From Eledone cirrhosa (taxonomy: Eukaryota): DNA of 64,000 nt. Location: the NCBI GenBank assembly GCA_964016885.1, contig OZ024752.1:37820001-37884000 (forward strand), read 5' to 3'. The position numbers were made by a program, and so were the translations under genes. The notes beneath the pieces are model-generated. The model was not told where the DNA came from. It worked only from the letters and a program-made list of their open reading frames with translations, and made no database searches. Shown piece after piece: positions 1 through 12,000 of the stretch. Position 1 is the stretch's first letter. The number at the start of each line of letters is the position of its first letter.

Positions 1-412
1 CACAGGAATATAGTAAGATTGATTCCACTGTAGCTTTGAATAATCTTTTGTGTTTATGTTAGATTTCCACACCTTATCTAACAAGTCGTCAAAGTATTGC
101 CTAACATGTCTATAAAAGTCATGTGCTGTGTTTATAGAGGTTGCTGCCATTTGTTATTGAAGTAGTCAGAAAAAAGGCTTTCTAGAAATGGGGGGGGGGG
201 GGGGGCTCATCAGTCCTAACTATGGGTCACATGCATAGATAATCAGTGCTGTGTTTTGTTTGTTTGTTTGTTTAATTATTTTGAATTATTTGAATTATTT
301 TGTAACATATTCTAACTACTTTATTTACTTTATCCAGTTCTCTGCCAAAAATATTTTTCTGTACTAAAAAAAGTTTTACACAAGTAAATTTAAAAAAATT
401 TTAACTCTTATT

Positions 413-975
413 ATTATATTCATTTATCTCTGTATATCTTGCTTTTTGTTTCTCAACTGTAAGAAGTACTAGATACTTCCCTTGGTCTGTCATAGCTTAC
501 TAGCTCTATACGGACGTTTAAATTTAATTTTAATTCTTATTTTTATATTCATTTATCTCTGTATATCTTGTTTTTTTATTGTTTCTAAACTGTAAGAATT
601 GCTAGATATCTCTCCACTAGTCTGTTGGGCTTACTAGTTCTATACGGACGTTTACATTGATTTATATTTTCACTTATCTCTGTCTATCTTGTTTTTTGTT
701 TCTCAACTGTAAGAAGTACTAGAATCTTCCCCATAGTCTGTCATACTTTACTAGCTCTATACGGACGTTTAAAATGATTAAATAAATAAATAAGTTATAA
801 ATGATAAATTATATATTGGTGTTTTATATATTCTAGAGAAAGGATTTTTAATATTTTTTTTTATTTTATTATATATTCACTTATCTCTGTCAATCTTTTT
901 TGTTTGTTTTGTTTCTCAACTGTAAGAAGTACTAGATACCTCTCTAAATCTGTTATGGCTTACTAGCTCTGTGTA
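413..975. repeat. Four diverged tandem copies of a ~110-130-bp unit
   Basis: ttatctctgtatatcttg...ctgtaagaagtactaga...cttactagctctatacggacgttta repeated. Confidence 0.85.
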
Positions 976-1464
976 TGTATAGACCCATAACTTTTGAGGA
1001 AGTTGTAGGGACACTGTATTGACATACAGCATTTTTAGGGCATTTTTAAAAACCTGGTGGAGTCCATCTCCTCTCCAGGTTTGAATACAGCAGATTTCTT
1101 CCAGAGAAGGATGGAGAATGAAAGAATGAAAGTGAGAAAAAGATATAGAGGAAGAATTGACCCAGTACCGAACTGGTACTTTTTTTTTTATCGACCTTGA
1201 ATGGATGAAAAGCAAAATTGACCTCTGCGAGATTTGAACTCAGAAAACAAAAAGCTGAAATGAATACAGCAAAGCATTCTGTCCAACATTCTAATGACTG
1301 CCAATTTGCCGCATAAAGGTATTTATGATATGGAAGAAATCTGCTGTATTCAGACCTTGAGCGGAGATGGGATCTGCAGGTTTTAAAATGCTGTAGAAAC
1401 TCTGTATGTCAATACAGTGCCTCTACGACTCCCTCAGGAGTTATGGGACCACGCATGCATATAC
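971..1464. repeat. Diverged ~130-bp inverted repeats flanking a SINE-B copy; a solo arm recurs at 39391-39520
   Basis: cccataact...gaatacagcagatttcttcc versus ggaagaaatctgctgtattc...agttatggg. Confidence 0.7.
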
Positions 1465-2207
1465 CTTTATATACAAGTCTATTATGAGTGACGCTATATT
1501 AGTGCTACAGCTAATAAATTAGCAATAGTTACATAGCAGTTGAGACACTGGCAACTTGTTTGATTTCGACTAAGTGCTAGGTGCTTCAACTACAAATACA
1601 GTGAAATTCCGTTATAACGAAATTCACGGGGTATAAAAAAAAATTCATGGTAACGAAAAATTCTTTATAACAAGATTGACCAAAACAAATCGAGTGTTTG
1701 TTTGTTATTACCTCAAGGATTGAAAAAATGTTATACTGAAAAATTTGTTATAATAGTATTGTTATAACAGAATTTTTCTTGTATCTAAAAAAAATGACAA
1801 TATATGGTTGGCCTCAAAAGTTGTTATTCAAAATCATTAGCATGTTTTAACATCTGTTAACATTATATAATTTTATCATAGATTTTTTTTTTCCTTCTAC
1901 TTATACATTTTAACATAATTTTATCTTATAAAAGAAAATTTCACCAACTATAATATACAAAAACTAACAAATTATATTGTTTTTATTTTCTCAAATAACT
2001 TAAATTTGCATCAAGGAATTCTATTTTTAATATGACAATTCTTTTATCCTTTTATTCTTTTACTGGTTTCATTCATTTGACTGTGGCCATGCTGAGGCAC
2101 TTTTTTATTTTTTATTTTATTTTTTATCTGTATCACTTCATTTAAGTTAAAGAAAGTTTCATATAACAGAATTTCAATATTATCATACACTTTAAAGTAA
2201 CTTTGGT

Positions 2208-2306
2208 TATATATATATAATATATATATATAATATATATAATATATATATATAATATATATATAATATATATAATATATATATATAATATATATATATA
2301 TATAAT

Positions 2307-2338
<32 letters not shown>

Positions 2339-2418
2339 ATATATATATAATATATATATAATATATATATATAATATATATATAATATATATATAATATA
2401 CATATAATATATATATAT

Positions 2419-2451
<33 letters not shown>

Positions 2452-2483
2452 ATATATATATAATATATATATAATATATATAT

Positions 2484-2514
<31 letters not shown>

Positions 2515-2526
2515 ATATATATATAT
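2208..2526. repeat. (TA)n/(TAA) compound microsatellite
   Basis: Direct reading. Confidence 0.95.
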
Positions 2527-2992
2527 TGCAGTATGTTTTACATTATCTTGTGCTATTGATGGATCTAACAATTACTCTAATTATTAGGATGGGGGTGGGG
2601 GGTGGGGGGGATATGAAAGTCTTATCATTTTCCCAAATAAAGTCATTTTAAAATATATATTTTTTTAAGTTTACAATATAGATCTATAAATTAAATTTCT
2701 TAATTTCTAGAATGAGGTTGGGTATTTTTTACTTATTACAAGAATAATTTAAAAATAATTCATCCATATCAAAATTGATATTGTCAAATATTTACGCTAA
2801 TTATGTCACAATACAGAATGAAGTTGCAAAATTTATTTCTTATACTTTTATCCATTCAGTTTTGTTTCGTTTTGTTGAAATATTTACTTAGTTATTTGTA
2901 TAAAATTATACAATTATTGTTAATAAAATATTTCAATTATTGTTAATAAAATATTTCAATTATTGTTAATAAAATATTTTACTACATTTTAG

Positions 2993-3096
2993 AAACTGGC
3001 TGAATTATCTGAAATCCTTCAGCATCGAGAGAATAAACTTGTCCAGCTAAGTCGGGAAAATAATGATTTGTTAGAAACGAACAGCATACTTCGGAA
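2993..3096 (+). CDS. TMF1: TMF1 coding exon (KLAELSEILQHRENKLVQLSRENNDLLETNSILR)
   Basis: ttttag| acceptor, |gtaagt donor, coiled-coil peptide, phase 0/2. Confidence 0.88.
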
Positions 3097-6000
3097 GTAA
3101 GTCTCTGATTTGATTGTTGTGTTTGAAATTAGGGGCAAGCTTGCAATACACACACACACACTAATAATAATAATAATAATTGTTTCTACTTTAGGCACAA
3201 GGCCAGCAATTACCCAGTGCATTACTGGTACTTTATTTTATCGACCCTGTAAGGATGAAAGGCAAAGTCAACCTCGGCGGGATTTGAACTCAGATCGTAA
3301 AGGGACGTAACTCTATGCGTCAAAGCATGGCGCCGACCCTCTACCGATACTGCCAATCCACCTAATAATAATAATTAATAATAATTATGAAGACCAAAAT
3401 CTGAAGAGGGCTCGATAAAGATTATGTGTATAAAATATATATATATAAAACCCGTTGAGCAAATATTTATTATTAGTACAGATTAAAGTTTAAGCAAAAA
3501 ATTGCTGCTTTCACCCTTTTACCCTTATATATATATATCATCATCATCATCATCACCGTTTTACGTCCGTTCTTCCACGCTAGCATGGGTTAGACGGGTT
3601 GTCCTGTTGTGTGCAGTGTCTGGTCGGCTGACCATGCCTTGCTCATACAGGAACTGATCTGGCTTGATTTCTACAGCTGGATGCCCTTCCTAACACCAAC
3701 CTCATTTACAGTGAGGGCTGGGTGCTTTTTCGTGGCGCCTACACGTCCACTTTACAGTGTGGGCTGGGTGCTTTTTTGCCGTGGCACCTCCACGACCACC
3801 TTGCGGTGGGGGGTGTGGGGGCATATTGTCTATATGCTTCAGCTTGTACCCATGGGAGGTCGGGTACTCTGTATTACTGCGTGACGCCAGAAGTCACGGT
3901 CGTGTGTCATTGTCTTTGAGAGGTGTAATTGGGTAAGGTCGGCTTTTATCACCTCATCCCAGGTCATCTTGGGTCTCCCCACTCCGCGGTTTCCATCAAC
4001 TTCTAGTGCTCTGCACCTTTTTATGCAGCTGTCATCCTTCATACGCATCACATGTCCATACCAGCGCAACCGCCTCTCCTGCACACAGCATTTGATTCCT
4101 CTTATGCTCAGTCTCTCTCTCAATTCATTTATGCTTTGTCGTTCACGTATATTACTGTTACAATATATATATATATATATTGAGTGATTGCATCACTGGC
4201 CTAGCTGCCCCTGTATCAATTCTTTGTTTATATTTTGCTGTAACCCACTAGGAATTACTGAACTAAATCTTTTATATTCATTACACCTGATGATGTCAGC
4301 AATTGTTTTGCATCATGCCAACCATAGAAATACATATTATGTAATTGTGCAACATTAATGGAATATGTTAGAATCCAGCCTTCTACAACTCCATCAAGAG
4401 TTATGAATCCATACATATTTTGTAATTACTAATTAATGAATTAATGTTTTTCTATAGAACAGTAGCTGAACTAAATTATTGACATAGTAATGTAGATATG
4501 ATAACTATGATTATTGGATGTTTCATTTTAGCCAATTACAGCAGTCTGAAGAAATTCGGGAAACAGAACAAGCTGACATCTCTATTTTAACAGAAGAGTT
4601 TACAGAACGGTTAGCAGAATCAGAAAAAAAAGTACAGACTGTGATCAAAGTTGGTTCCTTTCTTCTTTTTCTCCTATCTTTTCGTCATTTTTTTTTTTTG
4701 ATCCTTTTTCTTTTACTACAGTTCTCAAAGTGGGCGCTACCACCCCCACCCCGGGTGTGGGGCGTTGAGAAGGTCCAAGGGGCCGTAGAGATGATATAAT
4801 AGTATATTAAATATCAAATGATACATATATATAAATCATTCATTTCATTCATTTCATTTTACGTCCACTTTTCCCTGCTTGCAAGGGTGGGACGGGAACT
4901 GATTCTGGCTTGATTTCTACAGCTGGATGCCCTTCCTAACACCAACCTCATTTACAGTGAGTGCTGGGTGCTTTTTTGCCGTGGCACCTCCACGACCACT
5001 TTGCAGTGGAATGATAGGGACTCAAGTCCCTATCATCTCATTTCTACAGCTGAGTAAACTGGAGCAATGTGAAATAAAGTGTCTTGCTCAAGGAAAAAAC
5101 ACATCACCCGGTCTGAGAATTGAACTCACAACCTTTCGATTGCAAGGCAATGCTCTAACCACTAAGCCATGTGCCTCCACAAATATAGTAAAATAAAAAA
5201 TATATAATATATATTTATACATAGTATGTATTATAATATTTATTATATATAAATTAACGATTTTATTTATTATATATTATTTACAATCTGTGTGTAGGTA
5301 GGTCTCTCTGGAAATAGGGGTGGCAGGTGCTGAGGGTATTACATGGCCATGAGAGGGGGCGGTGGCCCCAAAAGTTTGAGAACCTCTGTTTTACTATTTT
5401 TACACTGAAACCAAATTCCAGTTTAGTCTTGCCGTCTAAATCCTGTTTGTTTTTTTTTGTAATTTCTGTTTATTTTGATTACAGGAGAAAGAGAATCTAA
5501 AGAAACAGCTTCAGAAAACTATGGAAGAAAATACTCAAAAGTAAGAAAATTTGATGGTGTTCTAAATAAAAATGGTTTCTGATTTAGGCACAAGGCCAGC
5601 AATTATGGAGGAGGGGAAAGTCAATTAAATCGACCTCAGTGCATTGCTGGTACTTTATTTTATTGACCCTGTAAGGAAGAAAGACTAAGTTAACCTTGGT
5701 GGGATTTAAACTCAGAATATAAAGGGCCATAATTCTATGCTGCTAAGCATGTTGTCTGGCACTCTACCGATTCTGCCAATGGGGGTGGGTATCGATTAAC
5801 TAGACCTCACTCACTTACCAAGTGGGGTGGAACTCGTTAAATCAAATAAAGGAAACACTGTTTTCAATTGGTCTTTCCATTGCTGATACTATCTCCCAGT
5901 CGTAACTCCTGGCATAATAATAAATATAATTGTTTATACTTTTGGCACAAGGCCAGCAATTACCCAATACATTACTGGTACTTTATTTTATCGACCCCGT

Positions 6001-9000
6001 AAGGATGAAAGGCAAAGTTAACCTCGGTGGGATTTGAACTCAGAATGGCATGGGCCGTAACTCTATGCGTCAAAGCATGGCGTCCGAGCTAATAATAATG
6101 ATAATTGTTTCAACTTTGGGCACAAGGCCAGCAATTACCCCAGTGCATTGCTGGTACTTTATTTTATCGATCCCGTAAGGATGGAAGGCAAAGTTAACCT
6201 CTGCGGGATTTGAACTCAGATTGGAAAGGGCCGTAACTCTATGCATCAAAGCATGGCGTCCGACCCTCTACCGATACTGCCAATCCACCGCCACAAACAA
6301 GTACAACTCTTACAATACATAAATATAATTTTATCTCACATTAACTACAGTAAATACTCCATCAGTGTTCATGAAATTCCTTATATTTTTAGTCGTTCTT
6401 TGGATTCTACATATAAAGAACTTCTGGAAGAAAAAGAAAACCAAATATCTGAACTATTACAGGAAGGTAAACACTATTTATCATCAACAACAACAACATT
6501 TAACATCTATTTTCCTTGCTTGCATGGGTTTGACAAGCTGTCTTGTATCATCATCATCATCAACAACAACATTTAACATCTATTTTCCTTGCTTGCATGG
6601 GTTTGACAAGCTGTCTTGTATCATCATCATCATCACCACCATTTAACATCTATTTTCCTTGCTTGCATGGGTTTGACAAGCTGTCTTTTATCATCATCAT
6701 CAACAACAACAACATTTAACATCTATTTTCCTTGCTTGCATGGGTTTGACAAGCTGTCTTTTATCATCATCATCAACAACAACAACATTTAACATCTATT
6801 TTCCTTGCTTGCATGGGTTTGACAAGCTGTCTTGTATCATCATCATCAACAACAACAACATTTAACATCTATTTTCCTTGCTTGCATGGGTTTGACAAGC
6901 TGTCTTTTATCATCATCATCATCATCACCACCATTTAACATCTATTTCCCTTGCTTGCATGGGTTTGACAAGCTGTCTTGTATCATCATCATCAACAACA
7001 ACAACATTTAACATCTATTTTCCTTGCTTGCATGGGTTTGACAAGCTGTCTTTTATCATCATCATCAACAACAACAACATTTAACATCTATTTTCCTTGC
7101 TTGCATGGGTTTGACAAGCTGTCTTGTATCATCATCATCAACAACAACAACATTTAACATCTATTTTCCTTGCTTGCATGGGTTTGACAAGCTGTCTTTT
7201 ATCATCATCATCATCATCACCACCATTTAACATCTATTTCCCTTGCTTGCATGGGTTTGACAAGCTGTCTTGTATCATCATCATCAACAACAACAACATT
7301 TAACATCTATTTTCCTTGCTTGCATGGGTTTGACAAGCTGTCTTTTATCATCATCATCAACAACAACAACATTTAACATCTATTTTCCTTGCTTGCATGG
7401 GTTTGACAAGCTGTCTTGTATCATCATCATCATCATCATCAACAACAACATTTAACATCTATTTTCCTTGCTTGCATGGGTTTGACAAGCTGTCTTGTAT
7501 CATCATCACCACCATTTAACATCTATTTTCCTTGCTTGCATGGGTTTGACAAGCTGTCTTGTATCATCATCATCATCATCACCACCATTTAACATCTATT
7601 TCCCTTGCTTGCATGGGTTTGACAAGCTGTCTTGTATCATCATCATCATCACCACCATTTAACATCTATTTTCTTTGCTTGCATGGGTTTGACAAACTGT
7701 CTTGTATCATCATCATCATCATCAACAACATTTAACATCTATTTTCCTTGCTTGCATGGGTTTGACAAGCTGTCTTGTATCATCATCATCATCACCATTT
7801 AACATCTATTTTCCTTGCTTGCATGGGTTTGACAAGCTGTCTTTTATCATCATCATCATCAACAACAACATTTAACATCTATTTTCCTTGCTTGCATGGG
7901 TTTGACAAGCTGTCTTTTATCATCATCATCATCAACAACAACATTTAACATCTATTTTCCTTGCTTGCATGGGTTTGACAAGCTGTCTTGTATCATCATC
8001 ATCATCATCACCATTTAACATCTATTTTCCTTGCTTGCATGGGTTTGACAAGCTGTCTTGTATCATCATCATCATCACCATTTAACATCTATTTTCCTTG
8101 CTTGCATGGGTTTGACAAGCTGTCTTTTATCATCATCATCATCAACAACAACATTTAACATCTATTTTCCTTGCTTGCATGGGTTTGACAAGCTGTCTTT
8201 TATCATCATCATCATCAACAACAACATTTAACATCTATTTTCCTTGCTTGCATGGGTTTGACAAGCTGTCTTGTATCATCATCATCATCACCACCATTTA
8301 ACATCTATTTCCCTTGCTTGCATGGGTTTGACAAGCTGTCTTGTATCATCATCATCATCACCACCATTTAACATTTATTTTCCTTGCTTGCATGGGTTTG
8401 ACAGGTTGTTGTGTCCTGAGGCCAGACCACTCATGTAACCATGTCTCACTCATACACTCCATTTCTGGTTTGATTTCTCCATCTGGATGTTCTTCTTAAC
8501 TCCAACCACTTCACAGTCTGTGCTGGGAGCATTTTATGGCAACAGCACTATCATCTTACAGAGTGGACTGGGTGCTTTTTGTTGTGGCACCAACACAGGG
8601 CCCCTTCTTTTTTCTCTCTCTCTACCTGCTAATGTGTATATATATATGTGTGTATATCTCGAGTGGAGAGATGCTGTGCTGAATAAGACCCGTCCCACCC
8701 TTGCAAGCAGGGAAAAGCGGACGTAAAATGATGATGATGATGATGATATGTATACATATACACACACACACACACACACACATGTATATCATCATCAGCA
8801 TCATTACGCTTTAACATACATTTTTCCACACTAGCATGGGTTAGTGTGTTGTTATATGAGGGGCCCGCCATACCTGAACTGGCCCAGAAACCCTTAAAGT
8901 CTAAACCTGGTCCTGTCTGTGTGTGTGGATTGCGTATGTGTGGAGCAGTCATAGAAGCTAATAATAGTTAATTTATTTAAACCGGCCATATCCAGCCAGA

Positions 9001-12000
9001 ATTCTCTCACCTCTTTCTGTTCAAACTGGTCATAACCAACCACTCATACGAACGTTAAGGTATTGTTCTCAAAATAAATAATATCAAAATCTCATAGATT
9101 CGATATTATGTGAGATGAAGCCTTTTTCTGTGAAAATACAGTAGTAAATATAGAGTAATGTAAATGGTAAAGGGTTAAGCAATTTTGACAATTGAATGAC
9201 AATTCATGTTTCATGTTACTTTAATATTTTCAGGTGAGAAATTGTCCAAACAACAGCTTCAGAGTAATAATATTATCAAAAAATTACGAACGAAAGAAAA
9301 AGAAAATGATTCTCTTATAACTTCACAAAAGTAAGTTTTATTTTATTATATTTCTAAAAAGAAATCAGTCTCTATGAAACAGTTTTAGTAACTATCACCA
9401 GCATAAATGTATTCCTCCTGTCATTTTGTTGGGTACAGACATTCATAATTTTCTAACAAAAATGACTAAATTTTCTGCCCACAATTTGTTTATTTTGGAG
9501 GGGGATGCAACTGCATCCCCAACAATATGTCACTGATCATCATCATCTGATAATTAACAACAAGTAGATTATTAATTAAGCAATGTTATATTTCACAGCT
9601 CTAGCATTAAGCCTTTATAGGCTGACCAATATACTCTCATGGAATGACTAAATGAGGTTTATTTTTCAACATAGTCCCTGGAAAGAAACAATGCTGTTAT
9701 TAATAAGAAGAATTGAAATTAATGCATGCAAGATTTCATTGCTCCAGCATCACTCCTTCATAGTAAGCCTATGAACTTTTCAGACCACCATTGTATTCAG
9801 AGCAAAAATATTTTACACTTTTAATTAAATATCTTTTGAGTTTTGGAAAGGTTTGAGACAGTTTATTATTCACATAAATTGTTTTATGGTTAAGGTGTAA
9901 ATGTTGCAGTTAAAATGAAGTATTTTGAGGATTGTTGAAATTCTCCAATATCTTTTCCAGGAAAAAACTTGAAGAATTAAAAACTGAATTAGACGATTTG
10001 AAGAAGGTTTTGGATTCTAATGAAGACACTGAAAAGAAACAGCATGGTATGTATTTCAGAAATGGTGGGGCTTTGTGGATATGAGGCTTTGTGGATGTGG
10101 GGTTTTGTGGATTTGGTGCTTTGTGGAGGAATTCTTTTAAAACTGAGCAATTACTGTATATACTCGAATATAAGCTGATCCGAAGATAACTACCTCTCCT
10201 GTTTTATGTCTGAGAAATAGGTGAAAATCCCCTTCATTTTACCATCAGTTTTTCTTTGGTCACATATTCCTTGGCTTATATTTGAGTATATGCGGTAAAT
10301 ATACTGGGTAAAACATTACTTTATTTTGTTTTATTTGTCATCCTTTGCCCTTTATATATTTCTACCACATTGTACTACTGGCTTTCTGAAACTTATCCCT
10401 CATTTTTTACTGGTTTTTGTTTTACTTAGAAACAATTTCTAAACTCAATGCTGCATTACTGAAACAAGAGAAAGATGTCACAAAATTTAAGGTAAATCAA
10501 TTATTTCAATAGAAATTTTATTACTATTGGCCATCAACACTGACACTGACTAGAGCACTGTAGAGTACGCTAACACCTACAGTACACTACAGTACACCAA
10601 CACATACTGTACACTGTACAATACACCAACACATACAGTACACCAACATATACAGTACACTGTACAGTACACCAACACTTGCAGTACACTGTACAGTACA
10701 CCAACACATACAGTACACCAACACTTACAGTACACCAACACTTGCAGTACACTGTACAGTACACTAACACCTACAGTACACTAACACTTGCAGTAGACTG
10801 TACAGTACATCAACACCTACAGTATACTGTACAGTACACCAACACTTACAGTATACTGTACAGTACACTGTACAGTACACCAACACTTACAGTACACTGT
10901 ACAGTACACCAACACTTACAGTACACTTTACTTAACACCAACACTTACAGTACACTTTACTAGACACCAGCACTTACAGTACACTTTACTAGACACCAAC
11001 ACTTACAGTACACTGTACTAGACATTAACACTTAGAGTACACTTTATTATACAATATTGACACTTACAGTACACTTTATAATATGATACGTTGATAAATT
11101 TACCTTTATATTTTAGATTGATTTAGACGAGAGTCAAGAGAAAGGCCGAGGTTTACAGGTTGCTTTAGACAACTCTTATAAGTAAGTACAATAAATATTA
11201 TCACTACCTTCTAATTACCAACTATATTTATTTATCCATGTTTTCACTACTAAATTTATTTCATATCTTCCTAGGGAAATTGCTGAACTCAATAAAACTA
11301 ATGCTGCACGTGATAGTAAAGTCCAGGAAGCTGTTCTTAGTGCGGAACTTCAAATCCGAGAAGAATTTAATTTCTCCATGGAAAAAGATCGTCAAAAAGC
11401 CAGACTAGAAAAAGAATCTTTAATAATCCAAGTAAGAAATAAAAATTCCATGTCCAGTTTATTACATATATTATCCCCAGCATTTGCGGTCTTGGCATTC
11501 GTGGTCCCAGTTATTCACGGAATTTTCCTTAGAACCTAACTTATAATTGTTCGTGGTAACCACCGTATATTCGTGATTTTTTTTTTTTATGGCTTTTTTG
11601 TGGCAATATATATATTTTTTATCAATAACAATATACTGGAGGCACATGGCTTAGTGGTTAGAGCATTGGCCTTGCAATCGAAAGGTTGTGAGTTCAATTC
11701 TCAGACCGGGTGATGTGTTGTTTCCTTGAGCAAGACACTTTATTTCACATTGCTCCAGTTTACTCAAGCTGTAGAAATGAGATGATAGGGACTGGGGTCC
11801 CTATCATTCCACTGCAAAGTGGTCGTGGAGGTGCCACGGCAAAAAAGCACCCAGCACTCACTGTAAATGAGGTTGGTGTTAGGAAGGGCATCCAGCTGTA
11901 GAAATCAAGCCAGAATCAGTTCCCGTCCCACCCTTGCAAGCAGGGAAAAAGCGGACGTAAAAATGAAATGATGATGATGATGATGAAAATGTATTTGCTG

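Noticed and set aside
189-205. G-runs as functional G-quadruplexes (also 2590-2610, 42672-42685)
   Set aside because: Simple homopolymer or low-complexity runs with no supporting context.
5012-5035. Resemblance of the SINE hairpin (tgatagggac...gtccctatca) to a tet operator
   Set aside because: Half-sites are in a different arrangement and the motif is a fixed part of a multicopy SINE; coincidental.
4927-5196. Recurrent MPFLTPTSFTVSAGCFF... ORF family (19112, 25919, 62719 etc.)
   Set aside because: Antisense reading of SINE-A / RTE 3' UTR, not a gene family.
6478-8405. CRISPR-like array (constant repeat with variable intervening sequence)
   Set aside because: Intervening parts are only (ATC)/(AAC) microsatellite length variants, not unique spacers; eukaryotic intron, no cas genes.
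11637-11712. tRNA genes at SINE heads (also 5100-5179, 12562-12650, 52608, 62705)
   Set aside because: A/B boxes are present but there is no proper acceptor stem, and each continues into a SINE body and tail.
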